A stretch of DNA of 64,000 nucleotides, from NCBI GenBank assembly GCA_963761335.1, contig CAVXGR010000011.1, forward strand, positions 320,001 to 384,000, in the 5' to 3' direction. Shown piece by piece: positions 55,828 through 64,000 of the stretch. This DNA comes from an uncultured delta proteobacterium (GTDB lineage: Bacteria; Desulfobacterota; Binatia; HRBIN30; BPIQ01). Each line of letters begins with the position of its first letter. Positions within the stretch are counted from its first letter, which is position 1. The notes below the pieces were generated by a model, which made no database searches, had not been told where the DNA came from, and saw nothing but the letters and a program-made list of their open reading frames with translations. Both the position numbers and the translations under genes were made by a program.

Positions 55828-57003
55828 ATGGACCTCTCCTACTCTCCCGACGAAGAGCGATTCCGCGGCGAGCTGCGCGCCTGGCTCGGCGCCAATCCCG
55901 CAGGACCCGAGCCGGACGAACTCGCCGCGTGGGTCGAGTACGGCAAGGCATGGCAGCGGCGACTCTACGAGGCCGGCTGGTGCGGTATCGCCTGGCGGAG
56001 GGAGTACGGCGGCCGCGGCGCCACCCTGATCGAGCAGATCATCTTTCAAGAGGAGATGGCGCGCGTGCGGGCGCCGATGCTCATCAACCTCGCCGGTCTG
56101 ACGATGGGAGGTCCCGTCCTCATCGCACACGGCACTGAGGAGCAGAAGCGCCGATACCTGCAACCGCTGCTGCGCGCCGACGAGATCTGGTGTCAGGGCT
56201 TCTCCGAGCCCAACGCCGGCTCGGATCTCGCCGCTCTGCGCACCCGCGCCGTCGTCGACGGCGACGACTTCGTCGTCAGCGGCCAGAAGGTCTGGACCAG
56301 CTTCGCACGCTACGCGGACTGGTGCATGGCGCTGGTGCGGACGGATCCCGAGGCGCCGAAGCACCGGGGCATCACCTTCCTGCTGATCGACATGCACAGC
56401 CCCGGGGTCACCGTTCGCCCCCTCAAGCAGATCAGCGGCGACGAGGATTTCAACGAGCTCTTCTTCGAGGACGTCCGCGTGCCGCGGCGGAACGTGATCG
56501 GCGCCGTCAACCAGGGCTGGGAGATCGCCATCACCTGCTTGATGCACGAGAGACAGACACTCACCTTCAGCCGGCAGCTGCAGTCGAGCGTCGCCCTGGC
56601 GGACATGCTGGAGATGGCGCGCCGCATCCGCCGCGACGGCGGCACCGCCAGGGGCGATGCGCTGGTGCGGCAGAAGCTCGCCGCCGCCTGCATCGACAGT
56701 CACGCGATGCGCTACACGGCGTATCGCAACCTCACCCGCGTCCTGCGCGGCGGCATCCCTGGGCCCGAGGGATCGATCGAGAAGCTCTTCTGGAGTGAGA
56801 TGTACCAGCGCCAGCTCGAGACGGCTCTGGAGATCGAGGGACCGTACAGCCAGCTGGTGAAGGGGTCGCCGCGCGCCATCGACGACGGGCGATGGCCGCA
56901 CCTGCTCCTCTATTCCCGCGGCCGGACCATCGCCGCCGGGTCCTCTGAAATTCAGCGCAACATCATCGCCGAACGCGTCCTCGGCCTCCCCCGCGGCAAG
57001 TAA
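55828..57003 (+). CDS. Acyl-CoA dehydrogenase family protein
   Basis: WCQGFSEPNAGSDLA, GQKVWTS, FNELFFEDVRVP, TIAAGSSEIQRNII. Confidence 0.95.
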   Translation: MDLSYSPDEERFRGELRAWLGANPAGPEPDELAAWVEYGKAWQRRLYEAGWCGIAWRREYGGRGATLIEQIIFQEEMARVRAPMLINLAGLTMGGPVLIAHGTEEQKRRYLQPLLRADEIWCQGFSEPNAGSDLAALRTRAVVDGDDFVVSGQKVWTSFARYADWCMALVRTDPEAPKHRGITFLLIDMHSPGVTVRPLKQISGDEDFNELFFEDVRVPRRNVIGAVNQGWEIAITCLMHERQTLTFSRQLQSSVALADMLEMARRIRRDGGTARGDALVRQKLAAACIDSHAMRYTAYRNLTRVLRGGIPGPEGSIEKLFWSEMYQRQLETALEIEGPYSQLVKGSPRAIDDGRWPHLLLYSRGRTIAAGSSEIQRNIIAERVLGLPRGK

Positions 57004-57006
57004 ACC

Positions 57007-57156
57007 CCGGAGCACGGCCATCTTGGCCGCCCTGGGAGCGCGGCCATCTTGGCCGCCTCTTGGGAGCGCGGCCATCTTGGCCGCCTCTTGGGAGCGCGGC
57101 CATCTTGGCCGCCTCTTGGTTCTGACAGCTTGCGGCCGGGACGGCCGCGCTCCCAG
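57007..57156. repeat. REP array: four tandem ~28-nt units, 15-nt linker, one inverted REP
   Basis: (TGGGAGCGCGGCCATCTTGGCCGCCTCT)n-TGGTTCTGACAGCTT-GCGGCCGGGACGGCCGCGCTCCCAG. Confidence 0.93.
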
Positions 57157-57161
57157 AGGGG

Positions 57162-57761
57162 TCAATCCAGGCTCGCGTAGAGGCGAGCGCTGCTCCAGCG
57201 CCAGTCCTCGGCTCTTTCAACCAAGCGGGCCTTCACCGGGTTCTCGTGGATATAAGTCACCGCCGCAGCGAGATGTCGCCCGTTGCGGATGAAGCGGTCC
57301 CAGTAATCTTCTCCCCAGACAGATCCAGATCTGCCGAGAACTCGGTTGATCTCCTTCGACGTATAGGATTTCCAGCTGCCGACGACTGCCGACAGGGAAC
57401 AGTTCGGGTACAAATCGATCAGTAGGTGCACGTGGTTGGGCATGATCACCCAGGCGCGCAGGTCGTAGCGTTTGCTGTCGAAGTGACACCAGCCCCGCTC
57501 GACTACCGAGGCCACCTCCGGGCGCCGGAGGAGGCACTTCCCGTATCCGCGGTCGAGGTGCTCGTCAGTCTGCCTCCGCCTCTCGACCTCGTCCGAAACC
57601 TCGCGGAGCAGACGTTCGACCACCTCGAGGGGCAATGAGTCCACCAGCCGATAGGTGATCATCTGCAGCGTCGGGGCGTCGCAATGGGGCAGGTAGCCGC
57701 GCCCGTGCCAGCCGCGATGGCCGGCCATGTCGATCTTCCGTGATCTGATGAGTCGCTTCAT
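57162..57761 (-). mobile_element. REP-associated tyrosine transposase (RAYT, Y1 HUH family)
   Basis: RGYLPH, ITYRL.DSLP, WVIMPNHVHLL (HUH), YWDRFIRN, YIHENPVKARL, WRWSS; flanked by REP arrays. Confidence 0.92.
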
Positions 57762-57827
57762 GCGCCTCCTCTGCTGGCGAGTATTCTGCCGCGGCCGGAC
57801 GCGGCGTCAAGGTAGGAACCGCCGCCC

Positions 57828-57946
57828 CTGGGAGCGCGGCCTTGGTGCCTCTGGGAGCGCGGCCATCTTGGCCGCCTCTGGGAGCGCGGCCATCTTGGCC
57901 GCCTCTTGGTTCTGACAGCTTGCGGCCAAGCTGGCCGCGCTCCCAG
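57828..57946. repeat. REP array: three tandem units (first truncated), same 15-nt linker, one inverted REP
   Basis: Same unit and identical TGGTTCTGACAGCTT linker as 57007-57156, in the same orientation. Confidence 0.93.
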
Positions 57947-57952
57947 CGGGCT

Positions 57953-57981
57953 TTGCCTTCGCGTCAGGGCTTCCGTATGCT
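57953..57981 (+). promoter_or_regulatory. Sigma-70 promoter, probably giving a leaderless cstA mRNA
   Basis: TTGCCT-N17-TATGCT-N7-GTG. Confidence 0.55.
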
Positions 57982-57988
57982 CTCCGCC

Positions 57989-59668
57989 GTGAACGCGACC
58001 TGGGTGCTGATCGGCTCGCTGGTGTGGCTCGGGCTCGGCTACTTTTGGTACGGGGAAAAGCTGTCGGCGGCGCTCGGGATCGACGCGGAGCGCGTCACCC
58101 CGGCGCACAGCCGCGAGGACGGCGTCGACTACGTCCCGGCGAAGAACTGGATGGTTCTCTTCGGCCACCACTTCTCCTCGATCTGCGGCGCCGGGCCGAT
58201 CGTCGGACCGGCTCTGGCCGTCGCCTACTGGGGCTGGGCGCCCTCGCTGCTGTGGGTGCTCGTCGGCTGCGTGCTCATGGGGGCGGTCGCCGACTTCACC
58301 AGCCTCTTCGTCAGCGTTCGTTCCGACGGCCTCTCGGTTCCCGAGATCGCCCGGCCGGAGATCTCCCCCCGAGCCCGGCTGCTCTTCTCCTGGTTCATCT
58401 GGCTGGCGCTCATCCTGGTGATCGCCGTCTTCGCCATCTTCGCGGCGCGCACGTTCATCGAGGCCCCGGACACCGTGGTGCCCTCTTTCGGCCTCATCCC
58501 GGTGGCGGTGCTCACCGGCTACCTCCTCTACCGCACCCGCATGAGCAATACGCTGGTGACCCTGCTCGGCCTCGGCCTGCTGTTGCTGGCGCTCTTCGGC
58601 GGCGTCGAGGTGCCCGTGCAGCTGCCGGTGATCTTCGGGCTCAGCGCCGACTCGCAGTGGATCCTGCTGCTGCTCGCCTACTGCTTCGTCGCCTCGGTCG
58701 CCCCGGTGCAGAACCTTCTCCAGCCGCGGGACTACCTGGCGAGCTTCATCCTCTTCGCCGCCATCGGCATCGGGGTCGCTTCGGTGTTCATCAGCGCCCC
58801 GACCATGCAGGCGCAGGCGATCGGCTCGTTCGTGCCGGCGGAGTGGGCGGCGGCGGGACCGATGTGGCCGATGATGTTCGTCACCATCGCCTGCGGCGCC
58901 ATCTCCGGATTCCACTCCCTGGTCTCCTCCGGGACCACCTGCAAGCAGCTGTCGACCGAGGCGCACGCCTGCCGCATCGGCTACGGCGGCATGCTCACCG
59001 AAGGGCTGGTCGGCGTGCTGGTGATCATCTGCGTCGGTGCCGCGCTCGGTCGCAACGAGCTCGGCCCGGTCCTGCGCAGCGGCGGTCCGATCTCCGCCTT
59101 CAGTCAGGGGTACGGCGTCATCTCGCTGCCGATCCTCGGCAGCTACGGCAAGGTGTTCGCGGTGATGGCGCTCAACGCCTTCATCCTCACCACCCTGGAC
59201 ACGGCGACGCGCATCGGCCGCTACCTGACGCAGGAGCTGTTCGGCATCTCCAACATGTACGTCGCCACCGCCATCGTCGTCGGCGCCACCGCCGCCCTCG
59301 GGCTCACCGGGCAGTGGGCGCGCATCTGGCCGGCGTTCGGCACCTCCAACCAGCTGATCGCCGCCCTGGCGCTGCTGGTCGGCTCCTGCTGGCTGCTGCG
59401 CCGCGGCCGCTCGATCATCTACACGATGGTGCCCGCGGTCATCATGCTGGTCACCACCCTCGCCGCCTTTGTCTGGCAGATCTACGGAGCGCTCACGCGA
59501 GTGGACCCGCACACGCACGTCCTGCGGCCGGATTGGTTCATCGCCGCGGTCATCGCCGTGCTCATCCTCCTGGCGTTGATCGTCTTCTGGGACGGAACCA
59601 AGGCGCTGCTGGAGGGCGGGCCAGAACCGCCTGCGGCCGCCGAGACGCCGAGGCGCGCTGCGGGTTGA
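57989..59668 (+). CDS. cstA: Carbon starvation CstA family transporter
   Basis: TPAH..DGVDYVP, LFGHHFSSICGAGPIVGP, QPRDY, TIACGAISGFHSL, TTLDTATR, WPAFGTSNQL. Confidence 0.93.
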   Translation: MNATWVLIGSLVWLGLGYFWYGEKLSAALGIDAERVTPAHSREDGVDYVPAKNWMVLFGHHFSSICGAGPIVGPALAVAYWGWAPSLLWVLVGCVLMGAVADFTSLFVSVRSDGLSVPEIARPEISPRARLLFSWFIWLALILVIAVFAIFAARTFIEAPDTVVPSFGLIPVAVLTGYLLYRTRMSNTLVTLLGLGLLLLALFGGVEVPVQLPVIFGLSADSQWILLLLAYCFVASVAPVQNLLQPRDYLASFILFAAIGIGVASVFISAPTMQAQAIGSFVPAEWAAAGPMWPMMFVTIACGAISGFHSLVSSGTTCKQLSTEAHACRIGYGGMLTEGLVGVLVIICVGAALGRNELGPVLRSGGPISAFSQGYGVISLPILGSYGKVFAVMALNAFILTTLDTATRIGRYLTQELFGISNMYVATAIVVGATAALGLTGQWARIWPAFGTSNQLIAALALLVGSCWLLRRGRSIIYTMVPAVIMLVTTLAAFVWQIYGALTRVDPHTHVLRPDWFIAAVIAVLILLALIVFWDGTKALLEGGPEPPAAAETPRRAAG

Positions 59669-59778
59669 ACCCCGGGGGACAGTGCATCACGAGCCTTGCA
59701 GCTCGCCAGCAGACGATGAAAATGAGGCCGGGGATCTGCCCCGGCAAGAGATTTGGAGGTTCTCGCCTGAGCGAACTT

Positions 59779-59973
59779 CGCCCCGGAGGGGCGGTGGCGT
59801 GTAGCCCCGGGTGAAACCCGGGGAAAAGTGCACGGTCCGTCATACGCGCCCCGCCATCGAGGTGATTTACGCGGCTTCTACGCCTGCGCCCCTCCGGGGC
59901 GCTGATCTGGGCCAATCGGAACGCGGTCCCCGGGTTGACACCCGGGGCTACATGCCCGCGCCCCTCCGGGGCG
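59779..59973. mobile_element. Non-autonomous palindromic element (MITE-like, nested inverted repeats)
   Basis: Termini CGCCCCGGAGGGGCG / CGCCCCTCCGGGGCG; inner TGTAGCCCCGGGTG.AACCCGGGGA / TCCCCGGGTT.ACACCCGGGGCTACA; no ORF. Confidence 0.7.
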
Positions 59974-60132
59974 ATGAGCTCCAGGCCAAGCGCCGAGGCG
60001 ATGAGCTCCACGCCAAGCGCCGGGGCTCCGCCAGACCTTCACTCAGCAGATTTTCGAAGCAGGCAACTTTTGCGCAGGCGAATCCCTGATCGCGCCGGTC
60101 CCGGCAGGCAAAAGTCGCCTGTCCCCAGCGGG

Positions 60133-61056
60133 CTACTTCTCCAGCTCCTCGCGCACCGTGTACATCTTCTGCCGCGCCTCGGTGATGTAGCCGTCGAGGT
60201 TGCGGCGGTGGTTAGCGAGGATGCCGTCGGAGCTGCCGTCGAGAATCACCACCGGCTTGAGCACCGCGGCCTTGCCGAGCGCCTCGGTGATCTCGTTCAT
60301 CAGCGTCTCCAGCACCGGACGCGTCTGCAGCAGCGCCTCGTACTCGCGGGCGACCGCCTGGTTGAGGTGGTACATCACGTGGGCGAAGCCCTGAGAGTGA
60401 TAGAAGACGTCGTCGGTGGCGAAGAAGCCGACCTGCTTGCGGTAGAGCGAGCCGTGGGCGTCGCCGAGTAGATCCGTCCACGTCTGGAACAGGCGGATGA
60501 GCTCGACATTGCGCTCCTTGATCGGGTTCGAGCGCGGCGGTGTGGTGTGCAGCCCGGCGACGTAGAGGCGCAGGTGCTTCACCGCCTCGCGCAGCTTGCT
60601 CTCCGCCGAGGGGAGCCAGAGCTTCTCCATGTCGTTGCGCAGCGCATTGTCGGCGGCGACCAGGTTGGGATCGAACTGATCGCTGGAGACCTTGGTGAGA
60701 TGGTCCTTGAGAACGCGCAGGCTCTCGCGCGCCGCCTGGATGATGCCGCGCTGGCGATTGGCGTTGTTGTCCGCCCACAGGCCCGGACCCCACAGAAAGA
60801 AATCGTTGGGCCGCCAGCCGGTGGTGCCCTGCAGCTCCTGCTCGATGAGAGCGATCAAGGTGCTGGCGAAAACCTCCCCGCTGACGATCGGCTGCCCCTC
60901 CGGGTACTGGGTCGAGACGTCGAAGGCCATGCGGTCGTGCCGCTTCTGGGTGAAGTGCAGCAGCAGGGGCACAAAGATCAGCAGCAGCGCCCCCACCACG
61001 ACGGCGGCCCAGATCCAACGGCCGCGCCCATGGGACTCTCTCGCATCGGATTCCAT
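60133..61056 (-). CDS. DUF2333-like membrane-anchored protein
   Basis: N-terminal TM; GWRPND..DNNANRQRG, WLPSAE, DDVFY..QG, ANHR. Family recalled from motifs. Confidence 0.7.
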   Translation of the reverse strand: MESDARESHGRGRWIWAAVVVGALLLIFVPLLLHFTQKRHDRMAFDVSTQYPEGQPIVSGEVFASTLIALIEQELQGTTGWRPNDFFLWGPGLWADNNANRQRGIIQAARESLRVLKDHLTKVSSDQFDPNLVAADNALRNDMEKLWLPSAESKLREAVKHLRLYVAGLHTTPPRSNPIKERNVELIRLFQTWTDLLGDAHGSLYRKQVGFFATDDVFYHSQGFAHVMYHLNQAVAREYEALLQTRPVLETLMNEITEALGKAAVLKPVVILDGSSDGILANHRRNLDGYITEARQKMYTVREELEK

Positions 61057-61129
61057 CGCCTGCTACGTACAGGACCCGCGCCAGCCGTTCCACCCCGGGA
61101 CGGGAAGTCGTATCGACGTCGGTCTGCCC

Positions 61130-62644
61130 CTACACCTCGACGAAGATCTCCCGGGCGCCCTCGCCGGTGAGCTGCGAGACGGTGGCGACCTTGTCGCTGA
61201 ACTCGCGCAGGGTGGCCACCGAGCTGGTGCCGACGTCGATGAGCACGGAGAAGACGGAGAAGCCGAGGCGCTTCTTCTCGGCCTGGAACTCGGCCAGCCA
61301 GCGCGGATCGACGCGGCACTCGCCGTCGGTGATGAAGACGACGTCGCCGCGGCGAAAGCGGGAGCGGCCCAGGCAGTCGAGGGCGGCACTCAGCGGCCGC
61401 TGGAAATCGGTGCCGCCGCCGGGAAAGTACTCGGCGAGCGCGAAGATCTGTTGCAGGTCCGGCTGGTACTGCTCGCGGCGGTTGAGATCGAGCACCTGCA
61501 GGGGCGTGTCGGCCGACGAGAAGCAGATCGAGCGAAAGCGGCGGCGCTGGCGGCGGGCGATGTCGAGTAGGGTGAGGACCACCGCCTTGGACCAGATCTC
61601 CTTCTCTCCCGCCATCGACGAGCTGACGTCGAGGCAGACGATCATCGGCCCGCGCCCCTTCGCCTCGACGCCGCGCAGGCTGTAGGCCAGCAGCTCGCCT
61701 TCGATGTAGCGCCGGGCGAAGTCGCGGTGCAGCAGCGGATGGCGAAGGGCGACGAGCTCGCGCGGCAGCAGGCGGCTGAGCTCGGAGCCGAGCTCGACCT
61801 CGTAGGTCTCCTCGCTGGAGCGCTCGAACATCTTCCGCCGCAGGGCCAGAGCCTGCTCGCGCATGCGGCCGACCATCTGCGACAGCCGCCGCAGCTTGGG
61901 ATTGGTCGCCAGCTGGCGGCCGAGCTCGATCTGGCGGCCCGGTGAGGAACGGCCGTCGCCGCCAAGCTGCTGCCCCCAGGTGCCCGAGTCCTCGGCGCTC
62001 TGCGCCAGGTCGTCGCTGGTGCGCACCAGCTGCCGTTCGACTCGATCGGCGTGGGCTGCGGCGCCCTCCTCGATGCGCCCGCGGATCTCCCGTGCCTTCT
62101 GCTGCAGGCGCCGCCCGGCGGTCTCCAGCTCGCGCCCCATGCGGCCGCTCAGCTCCTCGAGCTGCCGGCGCGTCGCCGTCGAGGCGCGGCGGATGAGCTC
62201 CTCGGCGCTGGCGAACTCGTCCTGGCGCGCCTCGATCTCCTGCTCCTGCTGGTCGAGGTTCCAGTAGTCGAGCATCTCGCCGCGGGTGATGATGCGCTCG
62301 CCGCGGATGAGCTCCAGCAGGCGGCCGCCGAGAAGCACGGTGGCGAGCCCGGCGCGCCCCTCGTCGAGCGCCGTCTGGGCACGGATCACCTCGAGCGCCG
62401 GGCTGCGGATCAGCTGCTCGAGGATGGCGCGATAGAAGCCGGCGCTGGGCACGACCCCCTCGGGATCGTGCATGACCGCGTTCATCTTGAACAGCAGCGC
62501 GAAGAGATCGAGGACGAAGCCGTCGAAGTGCGGCAGCAGATTGGTGCCGCTGTCGATAAGGGCCTGCAGCGACGGGCTGTCGAGGCGCAGCGTCTCGAAG
62601 GCGGAGCGGTCGAAGGCGTCGCTCTCGATCCAGTGTCTGCGCAT
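61130..62644 (-). CDS. VWA-domain protein (ViaA/CoxE-like partner of MoxR)
   Basis: LSRLLPRE, GPMIVCLDVSSSM (MIDAS), GGTDF, DVVFITDGE. Confidence 0.88.
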   Translation of the reverse strand: MRRHWIESDAFDRSAFETLRLDSPSLQALIDSGTNLLPHFDGFVLDLFALLFKMNAVMHDPEGVVPSAGFYRAILEQLIRSPALEVIRAQTALDEGRAGLATVLLGGRLLELIRGERIITRGEMLDYWNLDQQEQEIEARQDEFASAEELIRRASTATRRQLEELSGRMGRELETAGRRLQQKAREIRGRIEEGAAAHADRVERQLVRTSDDLAQSAEDSGTWGQQLGGDGRSSPGRQIELGRQLATNPKLRRLSQMVGRMREQALALRRKMFERSSEETYEVELGSELSRLLPRELVALRHPLLHRDFARRYIEGELLAYSLRGVEAKGRGPMIVCLDVSSSMAGEKEIWSKAVVLTLLDIARRQRRRFRSICFSSADTPLQVLDLNRREQYQPDLQQIFALAEYFPGGGTDFQRPLSAALDCLGRSRFRRGDVVFITDGECRVDPRWLAEFQAEKKRLGFSVFSVLIDVGTSSVATLREFSDKVATVSQLTGEGAREIFVEV

Positions 62645-62660
62645 GGATGCCGGCGGCTCG

Positions 62661-63779
62661 CTACAGGGCTTCGAGCATGCGTTGCTGGATGGCCTCGATC
62701 TCGTCCTTCACCGCCTGCACCGTGTCTACGGGCCGGCCGACGGCGCGCGCCTCTTCGAGGATGCTGTTCACGTCGTTGAGGATCCGCCGGATCTTGGTGT
62801 GCGCCTCGACGACGGCGCGGCCGCGCAGCTCGCTGTTCTCCCACTGGCGATGGGCGTAGTCGCGCAGCTCCTGCGTCTGGTAGAGCAGCTCCTTGACCCG
62901 ATCCTCGTAGCCGCGCAGGAGGTGATGGATGGCGGCGCGCACCTCCGGCCTCTCTCCCGGCTCCCGCCAGAGGACGTGCTCGAGGAGGAAGAGGTCGTTC
63001 TCCTCCACCTGGCGGCGGCCGTTGAGCAGGGCATAGGCCTGCACCAGCGGCAGCGCCTGGCGATAGCGCCGGTCGGAGGCGACGATCTGCTTGCGGCGCA
63101 GCTCCTGGCGCAGGTCGGCGATCGAGCGGTAGATGTGCGCCGGAATCTGCACCGACGCGGCCTCGGCCTGCAGCTCCTCGAGATCGGCGACCGACAGCGT
63201 GGTGCGCGCCGCGACCGCCTTCGACTCGAGCATCTTGAGGAAGCGGAAATCCTCGTTGATGTAGCCGACGACGTAGCGCACCAGGAAGCGATCGTAGAGG
63301 GCCTGCAGCTCGTCCTCCTCGGGAAGCTCGTTGGTGGCGCCGAAGAGGGTGATCAGCGGCACGCGCTCCACCTCGCGGCCGTTGTGAAAGCGCCGCTCGT
63401 TCATCACCGTCAGGGTCGCGTTCAGAATCGACGAGCTCGCCTTGAAGACCTCGTCGAGGAAGGCGATGTGCGCCTCGGGAAGCTTGTGCGTGGTCACCCG
63501 CCGGTAGTCGTCGCGCTCGAGCGCCGCCAGGCTCACGGCGCCGAAGAGCTCCTCGGGCGTGGTGAACTTGGTGAGCAGCCACTGAAAATAGGAGGCGCCC
63601 GCCAGCCGCCGGCAGAGCTCGTCGGCGAGCATCGACTTCGCCGTGCCCGGCGGGCCGATGATGAGCACGTGCTGGCCGGCAAGCAGCGCCGCCAGCGAGG
63701 CGTCGATCAGATCACTCCGCTCCAGAAAGATGGCCCCGAGCTCCTCGCGGATGCGGCTCAGGGCGCGGAGAGAACTCAT
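62661..63779 (-). CDS. MoxR/RavA-like AAA+ ATPase
   Basis: GPPGTAKS, LLTKFTTPEELFG, FLDEVFKASSSILN, ATNELP, ALYDRF, SDRR. Confidence 0.92.
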   Translation of the reverse strand: MSSLRALSRIREELGAIFLERSDLIDASLAALLAGQHVLIIGPPGTAKSMLADELCRRLAGASYFQWLLTKFTTPEELFGAVSLAALERDDYRRVTTHKLPEAHIAFLDEVFKASSSILNATLTVMNERRFHNGREVERVPLITLFGATNELPEEDELQALYDRFLVRYVVGYINEDFRFLKMLESKAVAARTTLSVADLEELQAEAASVQIPAHIYRSIADLRQELRRKQIVASDRRYRQALPLVQAYALLNGRRQVEENDLFLLEHVLWREPGERPEVRAAIHHLLRGYEDRVKELLYQTQELRDYAHRQWENSELRGRAVVEAHTKIRRILNDVNSILEEARAVGRPVDTVQAVKDEIEAIQQRMLEAL

Positions 63780-63786
63780 GCGCCCG

Positions 63787-63815
63787 ATGCTACGGTTCCG
63801 GCCGCGCAGATTCAA
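63787..63815 (-). promoter_or_regulatory. Sigma-70 promoter, probably giving a leaderless moxR mRNA
   Basis: Minus strand TTGAAT-N17-TAGCAT-N7-ATG, no SD. Confidence 0.6.
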
Positions 63816-63885
63816 GGAGGAGCGGCACCGCGGCGCAGAACACACTTGACAGTGGCGCGCACCCGTCGGTAAAGGACGGCTCAAG

Positions 63886-64000
63886 GTGGGCAAGCACAAC
63901 AAACCGCAGAAAGAGCAGTCCTCCAGCCCTGTCCTCCGTTTCTCCGAAGACCACTTGTGGGTTCGCGTCGACGGCGAGCGGGCCTACGTCGGGATGTCCG
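63886..64000 (+). CDS. gcvH: Glycine cleavage system H-like protein, N-terminus (truncated by the window end)
   Basis: Manual translation from GTG: MGKHNKPQKEQSSSPVLRFSEDHLWVRVDGERAYVGMS matches the GcvH N-terminal pattern; TTGACA at 63846. Confidence 0.75.
   Translation, partial: MGKHNKPQKEQSSSPVLRFSEDHLWVRVDGERAYVGMS

Noticed and set aside
57007..57946. Tandem 28-nt repeats as a CRISPR array
   Set aside because: Units abut without unique spacers, no cas genes are present, and the enclosed gene is a RAYT.

Overview
High-GC (visually ~68-70%) bacterial window. Gene content and Cys-rich or Thr/Pro-rich secreted proteins suggest a deltaproteobacteria-like or Binatota-like lineage (inference only). 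In order: (1) phoU-phoB-phoR on the minus strand (phoR truncated by the window edge); (2) a small HIT-like Zn protein, rpsU with a long N-terminal extension, an orphan hydantoinase/oxoprolinase A subunit and a sigma-54 response regulator; (3) a ~38.6 kb Wzx/Wzy-type surface-polysaccharide locus (7751-46393). The locus opens with a small NHLP/Os1348-like peptide and contains Wza, a kinase-less co-polymerase, an ExeA-like ATPase, a degenerate tyrosine kinase, a priming transferase, an amino-sugar cassette, five GT4s, three GT-C enzymes, two AsnB amidotransferases, three deacetylases, a CapK-like ligase and two methyltransferases. An antisense beta-helix gene interrupts it. After the locus come (4) a 1364-aa mucin-like secreted protein; (5) convergent selA and selB, with a lipoprotein ORF in frame with selB across a single UGA; (6) an acyl-CoA dehydrogenase, a RAYT transposase between two REP arrays, and cstA; (7) DUF2333, VWA and MoxR genes and the start of gcvH. 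Several kinds of palindromic intergenic element and several apparently leaderless promoters occur. All calls come from reading motifs by eye; no database searches were run.
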